NCBI GenBank assembly: GCA_964016885.1
Contig: OZ024741.1
Location: 155,868,001-155,932,000 of the forward strand
Direction: 5' to 3'
DNA: 64,000 bases
Source: Eledone cirrhosa
Lineage: Eukaryota
Of this stretch, positions 1 through 13,552 are shown piece after piece (position 1 is the stretch's first letter; every line of letters starts with the position of its first letter). Under the pieces are notes generated by a model. That model made no database searches. It was not told where the DNA came from and was given only the letters and a program-made list of their open reading frames with translations. The position numbers and the translations under genes are program-made.

Positions 1-2120
1 ACCACCTCCGCATACAAAATCTCCAATAACACCACGATTGGTGGAGTCGGTATGCTTCTCCCATCAAAGGCACGCGAGAACCTCATGAACATCGAAAAGA
101 GACGATAGAATAATGTTTGTCGAGTTCAATTCAAATCCAAAACTCACATTTATATCTTGCTATAGCCCGACGAATAGCAGTGATGAAGAAACTGCTGCCA
201 GTTTCTATCAGTTTCTGAGATAGGTCATTGAAAACGTCCCTGTCCATAATTTCCTTACTATTGCAGGCGACTTCAATGCCAAACTAGGCGCTGACGATGT
301 AAAATTCTCCTTCAACACCGAAACAAACCGAAATGGTGAAATGCTTCTCCAACTCCTTGAGTAATTTGAAATCTTCTCGTCTACAAATAGCTTCATGAAA
401 AACCAATCTAAGCTCTGGTCATTCACCTACCCTAACGGTAGTAGAACTCAATTGGATTATATCCTATTTCGCAAAAAATGGCGAAACAGTGTACACGACT
501 TTGAAATCTATTGCTCTTTCTCCAAAGTGGGATCTGGTCACAGAATTGACTCTTCCAAAGTTACTCTTAGCCTTCGCGCTCCTAACAAAGTCTCCGCTGA
601 GCCTCTGAAACAAATTGACTGGATGTTAGTGTCATCAAATAAGGAGCTCTCCAGTCGGTATGCAATTAGTGTTTACAATAGATTCTCTGAACTATCCTGT
701 ACTGATGATTGCATTGAGACTAAATATTCCAACCTAATTGTTGCAAATGAGGAAGTTGTTCTTTCCAGATTATCCAAAAAGGCCAAAAGGAAGCTCACGA
801 AATTGAGCTCACATAACTTAGTATCCTCAGCGTATAAAAAATTGCGAAGTCTTTTTTCTCAGTACAACTCAAATCCAACTAGTTTACTGAAAAGTGAAAT
901 GACCCAATGCAAAAAAGATCTTGATGAGGCGTACACGTATGCCCATTGCTGCCAAGATCTACAAGAAAATCCTCAACCGTATAGTTTCGTATGTTGATCC
1001 AATTCTTCGCATCAACCAAAACGGTTTTAGGCGTGGTAGATCTACACTTGAACAGATTTTGGCCGTAGAGTAGTGGAGGAGTTGAGAAACTGCAACAGAC
1101 AAATGGCTCAACTATTTTTTGAAAAGTTTTTGACAGCATAAATAGAAACATTCTGTTTGAAATTCTACCCATGTATGGCATCCCAGCAAGACTTGTGGAA
1201 GAAATTAAGGCTCTGTATGTCAACACAAGTGCCACTATCATCACCCCTGATGTCCCAACAGAGTTCTTTGACATCTCAGCAGGAGTACTACTAGGTGAAA
1301 TCAATAACAACGGTATAACTATCAAGTCACGCATGAGCTCTAGACACCCCTCTAAACATCTCACTGACTTTGACTTGACGCATGACATTGCACTTCTTGC
1401 AGATTGCCTAGAAAATGCGCAACAACTTTTGACATCTCTCCAAGAAGCAGCCCCCTCGTTGGCCTTCATCTCAACGAGGGTATATCAGAGTACATATCAA
1501 ACTGTACAGGCAGGCAACAACACCAAAGCAATCAACGGCAGTGATATCAAGCAAGTCGAGGATTTCAAGTATGTTGGGTCCTGGATTATTGACTCTGAGA
1601 AGGATTTTGCCACCAGAAACGCCCATGTATGGTCAGCTTGCAACAAGATGAATCGAGTTTGGCGCTCAAATCTTTCCAACCACACCAAAATCTGACTCTC
1701 ACAAGTAACAATTCAACCAATCTTACTATATGGAGGTGAAACATGGACGCTTTCATCCAAACAACACAAGCATATTGATGGTCTTTACACTCGCCTGATT
1801 CAAAGCATTCAGAACAATAGCTGGCGACATCTGACTTTGAGAGAGATATATGCCGGCCTTCCACTCATATCTGTCGTTGTACGTAAGAGGAGAATAAGAT
1901 TGCTGGCCACTGCCATCGTCCCACCTATGAGGCTGTGTCTCCATTAGTGCTTTTGAAACCACAAGCAGAACGCAAGCTCTCCTATCCCGATGTCATCTCC
2001 AGAGATTCTGGTATTGAAATCCAGGACTTGGCAACGGCAATTAATGACAGACCCACGTGGAGATCAATTGTTGAGTCCATTTCGGCTGAGGCCACCGGAT
2101 GATGATGATGATGATGATGA
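1..2120 (+). mobile_element. Degenerate RTE-type LINE (APE endonuclease + RT), internally deleted, (GAT)n tail
   Basis: APE motifs (IAGDFNAKLG near 260-290; WSFTYPNGSRTQLDYIL; SGHR for SDH). RT pieces: QNGFRRGRST, YGIPARLV, decayed FADD, QVEDFKYVGSWI. Ends in GATGATGAT repeat at ~2098-2120. Multiple stops and frameshifts. Confidence 0.85.
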
Positions 2121-3120
2121 TATATATATATATATATTGTTATAGTTTGCTCGAAGCATTGTATATAATATATAACACTGAAAGAGATAGAAGGCTAAAC
2201 AATGCAAAATGGACTGGAACATGAGGTAACCAAAAGTAAATGTTACCTGATAATCTTTGTTTTGTTTTGTTGTTGTTGTTATTGTTCTCCTTTTATCTGT
2301 CCAATATTTCGGGACCTAAAAGTCCCTTCATTAGGGTTTAAGGAACTTTCAGTGGATAATGTTCCAATTTCCTCTCTTTGGGATTAAATTTTAATTTTGA
2401 TTTAAATATTTTCTAATTCGTTTTCAAGCGTTTTTTATGGCTACCTCACTTTCCACGTGAATCACGTCAATTGCCAATATAGTATTTCTCAAAATCAATA
2501 TTCTTTTTTGTATGAGATGTTTAGTTTGTGTACCTGTGGGTGTGTCTTTTTCATGTCAAGTATTGTGTGCTGATTTCTAATCTATTATTTACTTGTGGGT
2601 TGAGTCTACGTATGCGCAAGACTTCCTTACTTCTTAAGTTACTTCATCTGACAGTCCATTTTGCATTGTTTAGCATTCTACGTCTTTCAACATGATATAT
2701 ATAAATGTAAATCTGAGTGTTTCGAATATTAATAGTAATATTCGATTCGTTTGCAATTATGCCCTGTCAATAGAATGTCACCGTCATTTTTGGTCTTGTG
2801 TTGGCATATAAACAGAACGGCAGACACTAATGCTTCGGGGTGATAACCCTTCACCAGTACCGCCAGCTTACCTGTTTACCTGCCAACTGTAAGAGCTAGT
2901 GAAAATATATGATATTTTCTGGAATACACTGATCGGCCTCATTTGCATAGTAGCAGACTGCCTAATCAGTCAGATCTGCATGTTAGCAGATCCATTGTAT
3001 ATTCCAGAACATATTATATATTTGCCTATATATAAACAATCATCCGGTTATCGAACAAACCAACCAACCAACCGGAAAATTGATGTGGAAATCACAGGTG
3101 CGTGCCTGGCAGGAAGGTAT

Positions 3121-3163
3121 ACATTGCTGACGATAGCTAATAAGCTTGAAACTAGTACAGCGT
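3121..3163 (+). ncRNA. Type I minimal hammerhead ribozyme motif
   Basis: ACATTG CTGACGA TAGCTAATAAGCTT GAAA CTAG TA CAGCGT; palindromic stem III ACTAGT; second copy at 38827-38869 (-). Confidence 0.75.
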
Positions 3164-3554
3164 TCCTTTGTCAGTGTTGAACAAATAAGCAACGATGGTT
3201 GCTAGACACTGTACGGCTTAATTCGGGATGTTTAAATTCCTCAATTTAAGAATGACCTGTAGTATCTATTTCATACTATTAACCTCAATTGAATATATAT
3301 CTGACCAGGAATGCTTTTTGTGAAAATCAGTCATATGGAACTATTGTCATCTTGCCTGACGGTTTGAACTTTACAACACCACCTGCCTCTTTGAGGTCAA
3401 ATACCAACCCTACTAGCATCTACAAACTGACCAATGAGAATTAGAGACTATTCCTGCTGACAACATTAAATTATTCCTAACAAGCTCATATGTCCCAAGG
3501 CTCTGATACCATCAACACTATAAACACAGAGCTGGCATATCTAAGAACTGACTA

Positions 3555-3610
3555 ACTGCCTGATGAGGTCATAGCCATTCAATGGCTATCATCGAAATAT
3601 ATATAGCAGT
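3555..3610 (+). ncRNA. Type I minimal hammerhead ribozyme motif
   Basis: ACTGC CTGATGA GGTCATAGCCATTCAATGGCTATCATC GAAA TATATA TA GCAGT, then AATAAA; stem I ACTGC/GCAGT. Confidence 0.85.
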
Positions 3611-3899
3611 AAATAAAAGATTATAAATTCATGCAATTGACTTATGTTTCGTCACTATATATATATATATGTATATACACATACACATACATATACACAC
3701 ATATACATATATACATATACCTACATATATACATATATACATATATACATATACATATATACATACACAAATACATATATACATACATATAAATATACAC
3801 ACATAGATGACATGTGAACGCGCCTACACACAGCGATATGCATACAAACGAACGGCCACTCATACAAATACATACAAATAAGTACTCATAAATATGCGC

Positions 3900-5670
3900 A
3901 TATACACAGGCACATAAAAACAGCTCTACAAGCAGAAAATGCAGATAGGTAAGAGGTAATTACGTAACCATAGGGGCTGTATTTCAGGTTGAAGAGGGGT
4001 AGGGTGGGGTGAGAAGGAGGTAGAGGGGCTATTTTTTTGGCTGGCGTTAAACAAAAAAGGGGGAAGTCGTTTTTAGCCATCGGACATTAACACTGGCTTA
4101 AAGTATTTGAAAGTTGCAAATTTTTGTGCATGCAGTTCGGGCAGTGTTCAGAGAGTTTGTTTAGTAGCGGTCCCTTGGCGAATAAAATTTCGTAGCTCTC
4201 TGAGATACAAAGGTCGCAGCCCTTGTGTCCTCCGTTGTATGAGCGCGCTTTCTGGAGTATTTTCCATTTAAGCGTGAATGGGGTGGAGTTCCTTTTGAGG
4301 TCCCAAACATAGGAGGCGAGTGTTGTCTGGTTTGATTTGTCCTGTCTCCTGAAGGAATGGGTATGGGCATACCAACGGGTCTTAAAATTATTGGAAGTCA
4401 TGCCGATGTAAGTCATTTTGTTGTTGCAATCATCGGTGCCTGAGATGACATCGCATTTGTATACGAAATCATTTGTCAGGCATTTGTTCTGAAGTGGGCA
4501 GGCTTCCTTATTTAGGCAATTACACAAGGCCCCAGTCCGGGGATTGGGTTCGGAGGTGGTTGGCTTATTTAATTTTTTAGAGTTGTGATTGGCTATATTC
4601 CAAGCTAGGTCAGGTGTGGTGGAGTAGGAGAGTCTTATTGTGTTCTTATTAAAAATGGTGTAGTACCTATGTTATATGTGGAAGTGTGTGTTCAGCAAAG
4701 TGAAGAAAATCCTAGCTATAGGTGTAGAGACCTCTCTATTGAAGGGAGGGTTGTACCAGCTAATCTGCCTATGCCTATTCCTCCTCTGCATTCTTGCGGT
4801 TGTTTCTAGGTAGGTTATCTTTTCTTTAAATCCGATGCGGGCGAGGGCGTCATTGTAGTAGAAGGCAGAGGCGTTAAAAATATCTTCCTTGGCAGAGAGA
4901 CCAGAGATTCTAATAGAGACGCTTTTTACTAAGTTATCAGTGATGTTTTTGGGGTGGTTAGAATAAACATTAATATATCTAAGGGACTCGTTTGGTTTGT
5001 GGTACGGGTAATAGAAGGAAGTATCAAGGTCGAGAGTGACATCTAAGAAGTTGGCCCTAGTCATATTAGATTCTCTAGTTATACTAAATCTTAGATTACG
5101 GAAGAACGAGCTTAAGTTTCTCCGAAACCCATCGGTGGTTCTAGGGTTAACCTTGTGCAGGGCGAAGAGGCCGTCGTCTGGGTATAAACCTCCGGTTAGG
5201 CCAGTAAAGAGGTTCTTCAGGTGATGTAAAATGTACAGGCCCCCAAGGTGACTAATTTCAGCCGAGTCACTCACTCCCATGCTGACGTCAAATGGGGTCT
5301 GAGACTTCTTGTTGATCCAGTAAGATCCATCGTGGTATAGGACGGGCGTGGAGGATAACATCTTGCTCAGCATCGGTTATGGTGTTAAAATTCCTGCCAA
5401 AGGTAATTGCGTCTTTCAGGAGGGGCTCCGAGATAGAAGCATAGTAGTTTTCTATGTGGAGTTGCAGGCAGCGAGTCTGGCGTTTGTCGGGTAATTCTTG
5501 GAACCAAGATATTGCCTCATATGTTCTGCTCCAGAGTGGGAGTGTGAGGCAACCCGCAATGATTGTAGACCTCTATCTAGGATCTTCTTACTGATAGAGC
5601 CGATGTCTGAACGAGTGGGGTTGATAAGTCTGACTGATGTTTTGTTGAGGAAGTTTCCCTTATGGTCCCT
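3900..5670 (-). mobile_element. 5'-truncated Penelope-like element (Naiad-like RT + C-terminal GIY-YIG), pseudogenised
   Basis: ORF 4672-5373: FDVSMG.SDSAE, GLYPDDGL, NFLDVTLDL, YINVYSNHP, WYNPPF. ORF 4087-4527: CNC..CP..CL, VY...YIGMT...FKTRWYAH, CDLC, LLNK, CMH. Confidence 0.88.
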
Positions 5671-5673
5671 GGA

Positions 5674-6150
5674 ATATAACTTAAGAGAAATTTGACGATA
5701 AGGATATGATAGACACCCAATATTTTGAACTGGTTTATAGATTTCTCTTGGCCTTTGTCACTCTAAATAGAACTTTAAAGAATTAGCTTTTAAAGAATTT
5801 CCCTTTTCTTTAAATCCATCAACCATGACCGACCCCCAACAATCTTATAGACACCTGAAATACAGGCATTGTTAGCTTAAGAGAAACTTAAAAAGAAGGC
5901 GTGGCACCCCATTCTGAACTTGTTTATAGAATTCTTTCTGCCCTTGTCACTCTAAATATAAATTATAGCCTTAAAGAATTATCTTTTAATGAATTCCCTT
6001 TTCTTTCAACCCATCCCACTCCCCACCTTCTCCTACCACCTGAAACGATATAAATACCACAACATTTATTTTTGGCAAGCCAGATTCCTGATGATTTCTA
6101 AAGAATGAAACAGTTCTAGTCCTGTAGAATCTCATCTATATTAAAACTTA
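5674..6150 (+). repeat. PLE terminal-repeat (pLTR) fragment: two diverged ~200 bp tandem units, then TATAAATA and a hammerhead
   Basis: AACTTAAGAGAAA...CCCTTTTCTTT unit repeated (~5675-5870 and ~5873-6030); the segment before the HHR resembles 51160-51290. Confidence 0.6.
6082..6132 (+). ncRNA. Type I hammerhead ribozyme motif
   Basis: AGATTC CTGATGA TTTCTAAAGAAT GAAA CAG TTCTAGTC CTG TA GAATCT; stem I AGATTC/GAATCT, stem III ACAG/CTGT. Confidence 0.85.
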
Positions 6151-7254
6151 TATATATATATACAATCGATATTTTGCCATTCCAGCGTATCTCAACTTAC
6201 AAGTATGCACTCAAATTTATTATCCTGCAACATTGAGATAGAATACGATATGTTGTTGGACTTGCTCATAAAATTACTGCGCAAGTGGGTGAAGATTCCC
6301 TGCACCTCTGTACCCATAACCTAATTCTAGGGGCGATTCAGCGTAATGCAGTTTGTGGCAAGATTAAATCTTAGAATTACAATTAGAATCTATTATGTAT
6401 GTTGATTGAGTATTCGACTTATGTATGTACCCTTAATGTGATTCTCAATATAAATCATAGTGACACTTTGAGTAACAATGACAGGCTATAAGATGGAACC
6501 AGGAGACTTAAGATTGCGAAGGGAACTAACTCTTCAGACATGCCTACATCCATTAGGATTTATTATACCAGATGAAATTGGAAGCTTTATAAAATATTTA
6601 TTCATACTCGCTACCACCTTCCTGACATTACCATTTGCCCCACACCAACACAACCTCTACCACCAGGCAACACTACCCCACCAATACCCCCTCTCGCACC
6701 ACTTGCACCATACAAGCTCGACTATTATCAGCTGTGTCACATTATCCCCATCAGTGCTATCTGTTGTGCCCTCATCATTATCAGGATGTCGCAACACATG
6801 ATCAGATCTTATTCTTATATTCTTACTACTCTGGAACCCAGTCCCTAAACTAAACAAAAGGGCCTGATATGATGTAAATATGAAGAAAAAAGCTAAAAAC
6901 AAAATTAGGTAAAGAAAAAAAGAGATAAGGGGTAAAGAAGGGCAGATCTGGATGTATTGTAAAGTAAAGGAAAGGACTATAAATGCCATAAATGAGAAGA
7001 AAAGGAGGGAAAGTGCAAGGATTAATCGGCTACGGGAGAAAGAGAGAAGGAAGGGGAGATGGTGACAGGCTCTATGCGGACAAAGCTGCAATGGAATTTC
7101 CGCAGACATCCTCAGCGACACCCGCTACAATGGTCACTCCACCTCACGGGGATTTTTTCTCAGACGAGCTGCTGAGGAGCTCGGCCAAAAATCAATGCTT
7201 TAATTTTTTTACTTGCAAGTTGGTTACTTGGTCTAGAAACAATTAGTTTAAAGT

Positions 7255-7490
7255 CTGTCTTAAGCCAGAAGGCTCATTTGGTCGGTGCTTACCCCGGTTT
7301 CATGGCATGAAGCGATTGAGTGTACAAGACTCCCCACTGGACAGGACGCCAGTCCATCACAAGGTTAAACCCCCAGCCATTGCTGGTACTCATTTTCAAC
7401 AACGCGAAATGAAGTGTTATGCTCAAGAACACAACACGCAAACCAATAATCGAACTCACGATATTATGATTGTAAGTCCAACGCCCACGT
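7255..7490 (-). mobile_element. tRNA-derived SINE (second family), degenerate
   Basis: GGACAGGACGCCAGTCCATCAC...GCTGGTACTCATTTT...GCTCAAGAACACAACAC...AATCGAACTCACG is the reverse complement of a B-box-bearing SINE; related pieces near 18640-18735, 20215-20378 and 41390-41520. Confidence 0.55.
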
Positions 7491-7616
7491 GTTGATAGAA
7501 TTAGACAGACAGCAAATATTGAGAATCATTCCAACTTTAAGGCAGACCATAAATGTTGATATTCATTGCGATCATGATGTAAAGATTAAGAATCATTGAG
7601 ATTATTTAAAAAAAAA

Positions 7617-7695
7617 TAATAATTGTTTCTACTTTTAGGCACAAGGCCAGCAATTACCCAGTTCATTACTGGTACTTTATTTTATCGACCCCGTA
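7617..7695 (-). mobile_element. SINE family A, 3' fragment
   Basis: TAATTGTTTCTACTTTTAGGCACAAGGCCAGCAATTACCCAG...TTTATCGACCCCGTAA matches the other copies. Confidence 0.75.
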
Positions 7696-8136
7696 AATAA
7701 TAATATTAGTTTTTAACTAAGAGATATAGCTAGCAATATCGACCCCACTACATCGCTGGTAGTTTATTTTATCGGTATTGGAACAATGTAAAGTAAAGTT
7801 GGCATAAGTCAGATTTGAAATGAGAACGTAAGGAGCTAGAATAAATACAAGGAAGTTTCCCGACACTTTATCAATTCGAGACCAACTCAAACAACAGAAA
7901 ACCGTAATAAGAAAATAAGAAACTAAAACACTACCTGAAGCAATGACATCATTACAACTTGGAATATATATTAATTCTAAAAGTGGAAGCAATATAGACG
8001 TTAGCTAGTAGGGGTTCTTACTATAAAGCTAGGTTTTATTGTATAAATAATCAGGGTATTTGGATGATAGAGATGATATTGTCTACAGACTTTACATATG
8101 GTAAAAATTTATGTTTACGATAAAAAAACACATTGC

Positions 8137-8189
<53 letters not shown>

Positions 8190-8250
8190 GGCAATGTGTA
8201 TATATATATATATGCGTAAATATATTTACGTATATATGTGTATGTAACTG

Positions 8251-8301
<51 letters not shown>

Positions 8302-9057
8302 GTGCACGTGATTTTTTTTCTTTCTCTCTCTCTCTATATATATGTATATATATATATATGTATACATGGGACGTACAAGATGAAGACAAAGGAAAAAAGA
8401 ACAGACAGTCTCTTCTGTAGTCAACTTCTGGAAATCATTATAGTGTCGGTACATTAAAGCTGAGACTTTTCATTCCATATATATATAAAACACAAGCGTT
8501 TCCTTCTTATAGATGGTGATTCCAAGGTTTCTGAAGCATCTGTGGTAATAAATTGAATTGATGAGGGATAAGGAAACGTGATTTCGATATCAGCAGTGTC
8601 TGGTTTTCAGACTTCTCATACCTATGGTGCATAAATGTTTGGATATATCGAAAGACATATGCAATTGTAAAGAATTTCCGGCTGTATTGTCAGCCTCCGT
8701 CGGAAATGATATCTGTTTTTTTCTGTTTTTTTTTGTTGTTTTTTTGTCAATATATCAGCAGTTGAGATATGTCAGTCAGTTCGATTCGAATCATTGCACG
8801 AAGGATTTGAAGTCGACAGACAAATTGCGCTAAATTGTACACCAGCACACACATCCGTAAACTCTTGACTTCATTTATACGACTTAAAATGATAAAAGTC
8901 GAAGTTTTACCTATCTGAGATATTTTTCACCGGATAGTCTCATGAATCTGCCTATACATACATACATGTATACATAAATGCATACATACATGATGACTGC
9001 CACCTCGTTATCGAGTATGGCCATTGCACGATATAACATTATTAATAATTATCAATT

Positions 9058-9245
9058 AATAATTGTTTCTACTTTTGGCACAAGGCCAGCAATTACCCAG
9101 TGTATTACTGGTACTTTATTTTATCGACCCCATAAGGATGAAAGGCAAAGTTAACCTCGGCGGGATTTGAACTCAGAATGGCAAGGGCCGTAACTCTATG
9201 CGTCAAAGCATGGCGTCCGACCCTCTACCGATACTGCCAATCCAC
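9058..9245 (-). mobile_element. tRNA-derived SINE family A, near full length
   Basis: Minus strand reads TGGCAGTATCGGTAG (A-box-like), GAGTTCAAATCCC (B box), core TTTCATCCTTATGGGGTCGATAAAATAAAGTACCAG, and an AAT tail. Confidence 0.85.
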
Positions 9246-9503
9246 AATGCCATCGTGCAAGGCCTGTGCGTGAGGATTCTTTTTAAATGTGGAAAGACTG
9301 TGTACTGAGCCAATTCCACTCTCTGAGCGACAGTAGCTATAACCTGAAAAGAAGAAAAGATCAACATCATCGGTAACTACTGAGCCGCAGGTTTTATATC
9401 GGAGTTACCCCAGGTTCCTGAGTTGCCTTCTCCTAGAAGAATGCCCTGATAAAATCTAGGGGTCCTTCACTCACATACATACATACATACATACATACAT
9501 ACA

Positions 9504-9537
<34 letters not shown>

Positions 9538-10030
9538 CATACATACAAACATACATACATACATACATCATGGCTGCATCTCAATTTCGAGAGTTGCCAT
9601 CCCTTCAGGTTTTTCTCAAACACGGCATGGGTGCCACGAGAATCACATATTCGACCTTTAGGACTTAGATTTCTTTCTGCGTATGCTGCAGCGAAAGAAA
9701 AAGAAGAAAAGGATATATTCACGCAAAACACGTGAAAATTATTTTGGTCAAGTGATGCCTCTGCCTGAAGAAAGCCCTCTCTGTGAACAACGGTGAAAGG
9801 TATACAAAAAGAAGAACAGTGCAACATCATCGGTTGCCATCGAATCGCAGGTTTTATTTGCAGAAGAGTTTTCCTTCTTCTAGAATGATATTCTAACAAA
9901 CATTAGGGGTCTCACACACCCTGCGCGCTAACTACGAACTTGGGCACGAAACCGAGTATTCCCATGTCTCCACGCATACATATATACATACATACATACT
10001 TATATACATACATTCATACGTACATACATA

Positions 10031-12825
10031 CCTGAAGAAGGTAGATGAGAGAAAAGTGCTTAATCAAAGATTCAGACGAAACCAAACATCAGTCTATAGA
10101 GATATGAAGGGCAAAATAATAAGTGTCACTGAAGCCCCATCCCAGAAAGACAGATTCCTTTTGGAGAAAAATATGGGGTGAAAAGAAGAATTTCAACCAA
10201 GATGCAGCGTGGCTAAGAGAAATCCGAAAGAACTATTGCTCCTACACTACAACATAAACATACGAAATAAGTGAGCGTACCCTTGAGACTGTGATAGGAA
10301 AACTCCAAGATAAGAAAGCACCAGGAAGAGACATGATTGTCGGCTACTGGTACAAAAAACTGATATTTTATCGGAGGTATCTTACTGATTTCTACCAACA
10401 AGTTCTTAAGGGAGATACACTTATACCAGAATGGTTGACAATAGCACAAACATTACTGGTCCCCAAGAACAAAGACATCTACTTGGCAAAAAACTACCGA
10501 CCTAATGCATGACAGAACCTGATAAAATAAGATGTATACAGCCTGCCTGAACTTATTCTTCCAAGATCACTGTGAAAATAATAACATCATCACAGATGAA
10601 CAAGCAGCTGGAAAGAAAGGGGTTTGGGAATGTGTTGAACAACTCCTAATCAACAAAACTGCGATGTCGGAGGTGCGACAACTTAGGAGGAATATGACTA
10701 CAGTCTGGCTGGACTACAGGAAAGCTTTCGATTCTGTTCCCCACTCTTGGATGATAGAGGCCCTCCAACTTGCTAAAGTCCCAGACATTATTATCAGAGC
10801 CATAGAGAGGCTGTCTTCTTCTTGGGCTACTATCCTAAGGTTAAAGACAGAGAGGGAGGACTCTATTTTCACTGATAAAATAAAATATTGCAGGGGTATA
10901 TTTCAGGGGAACAGTCTCTCTGTGATATTATTCATCTTGTCATTAAACCCCTTGTCCTTTCTGCTCAAGAAATGTGAGGGATACATCATTGGCTCATAGG
11001 AGGACAGAAATACGAACCTAACCCATAATTTCTTTGTGGATGATCTGAAACTCTATGCCAAGAACATGGATGGGAGGAAGAAAAATCTTGACCTGGTTAC
11101 AACGTTCTCAAAGGATATAGGAATGGAGTTTGGCCAAGATAAATGCTCATACATGAATGTAAAGCGGGGAAAAAGAAGAACCCAATCTAGCAACATTGTC
11201 ATTAATGACCTAACTGTTTCACCGATATCTGATGAGGACTGCTACAGATATCTGGGGATAGATGAGAACATATCCTATAATGGTATTTGTAATAAAGAAC
11301 GCGTAAACAGGGAATACTACACCCGATTAAGAAAGATCTGGTCATCGAAACTCTCTGCGCAAAAAAAACAGTGGCTCACAATATGTTTGCTGTGCCTGTC
11401 CTAACACCAACGTTTGGAATACTCAATTGGACGATAGACGAAATCCGAGCAGTTGATGTTGGAACTCGAAAAATACTGAACAACACCGGAAACTTCCACA
11501 TCAACAGTGATATAGACCGCCTTTACTTGAAACGTAAGCAGGGAGGCAGAAGCCTAACATCAGTCCAGACAACATTTTAATGTCGCATCATATCTCTCCG
11601 ACAACATCTACGAACCTCGAAGCGTAGGAGCCCGTTTCTCGAGCAAGTCTATCTGCATGAAACAGATAAGATCATGAGAGTTGGGAAGGAACTCTTTGAG
11701 AGATATTCCCTGTGTGATAATCAAAATCTCACACCCAGTGATGTCGCTCAGCAGTATCGCAGTGAATCCATGGATGAAAAACTGCATGCTTATCAGCAAA
11801 ATATTATGCATGGATATGTTGCCAGGAAGCTCCAGAGTGAGAGTAATGTAGAGAAGGAAAGTAGTCTATCTTGGACCAACAACCGCTATATTGGCTCCCA
11901 CTTTGAAGGATACGCTTCTGCAATCCAGGAACAGGAGATTAGCACGAAATACCTGATTCACGAAAGAGATAGGGATGCAGGCAAACCACCTAGATGCGAT
12001 AACACGTGCAGACTCGGCAGAACTAACATCGAGGATATCACCCATGTCATCAGCAGCTGTCCAAAGATGTCATCACGATACTAGCTACCTGTGAGACATG
12101 ATGTAGTGGCCAAAACACTGTACAATGCAGTTCGTAAAAAAGATAGCCCTGATAATAAACACATTAAAAGCTACAACAATGTGGAAGACATCCATGTACA
12201 TAATATGAAAGAGTACTGGTGGAATGTTCCAGTAAAAACCCCAATAAAATGCAGGCATAACAGACCAGATATTATGATATGGGACAGGGAGAAGAAAACA
12301 TGCACAGTAGTGGAAATTAGCTGCCCAGCAGATGCCAATATAATATAAAAGATTAGTGAAAAGGAGAATATTTATGCAGAACTGATGAGAAATCTGGAGA
12401 TACTCCACCCTGATTACACCTTCATATTTATGTCTGTGATTATTGGGGTACTGAGATATGTTAGTAACTGCCTCAATACAAATCTTGAGAAGCTAGGCTT
12501 CACAGGAACAGAAAGAACACAACTAGTTAGGAAATTACAAGTACAATCCATTAATGGAACAGTAAAAATATGTAAAACATTCCGAAAATGTTGCATCTAA
12601 TAACTGTATATACACATGTAGAGATACAAAGCATATACACATGCGCACATACAACTCAACTCATACACATCCACACATAACATCCATATCTACACATGCA
12701 TGCATACATACATATCTACCTAGTTGATGTTGTGTAAATTCCAATGAGAGAGTCTTGTGTCTATGTTAGAAACCGACTCTCTGTATATTGGTAAAACTTT
12801 GTGAATTTATAAAACCAGAAGAACA
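10031..12825 (+). mobile_element. 5'-truncated R4/Dong-like non-LTR retrotransposon (RT + CCHC + restriction-like endonuclease), pseudogenised
   Basis: KAPGRD, KNYRP, WLDYRKAFDSVPHSW, RGIFQGNSLS, FVDDLKLY, YRYLG; CRL(G)...EDITHVISSC, RHD, RPDIMIWD...VVEISCP; flanked on both sides by (CATA)n. Confidence 0.9.
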
Positions 12826-12851
12826 TACATGCATACATACATACATACATA

Positions 12852-13053
12852 TCATTAAACCCCTTGTCCTTTCAGCTCAAGAAATGTGAAGGATACATCA
12901 TTGGCTCACAGGAGGACAGAAATACGAACTTAACCCATACTTTCTTTGTGGATCACCTGAAACTCTATGCCAAGAACATGAATGGGATGAAGAAAAATCT
13001 TGACTTGGTTACAACATTCACAAAGTATATTGGAATGTTGTTTCGCCAAGATA
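12852..13053 (+). mobile_element. Second fragment of the same R4-like RT
   Basis: Closely matches 10940-11141; it has CAG where the long copy has the TAG stop at 10997-10999. Confidence 0.85.
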
Positions 13054-13054
13054 T

Positions 13055-13199
13055 ATTTCTTTATAATGAATTTTCCAGTATAACGAAATTTTTTCACTCA
13101 CTGGGGTATAAGAAACAAACGCTCGACCTCTTTCGGTCGATCTCGTTATAAAGAATTGTTTATACCCCGTGATTGACATTATAATGGAATTTCACTGTA
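13055..13199. mobile_element. Tigger/pogo-like MITE remnant
   Basis: TATAACGAA internal repeats and a right end ...TTATAATGGAATTTCACTG-TA, resembling a Tigger terminal inverted repeat plus TA target. Confidence 0.45.
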
Positions 13200-13207
13200 C
13201 TTTTTCT

Positions 13208-13354
<147 letters not shown>

Positions 13355-13490
13355 GAAGTTATATTTAATTTATTGGGATTCCAACAAACTTAAAAGTTTA
13401 TAACTGATATAAAGCACTCAAATCCAGCGAGTTTACAACCGTCAAGGTTGTTTTTCATGGTTATGTCACTATTTATAAAACAAATTTTGT

Positions 13491-13552
13491 ATTTTATCTG
13501 ATGAAAGCGTACCAAGATGACTTGGTTGCCCTTGAAATATATATAATAAAAT
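13491..13552 (+). ncRNA. Type I minimal hammerhead ribozyme motif
   Basis: ATTTTAT CTGATGA AAGCGTACCAAGATGACTTGGTTGCCCTT GAAA TATATA TA ATAAAAT; truncated relative at ~55700-55745. Confidence 0.8.
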
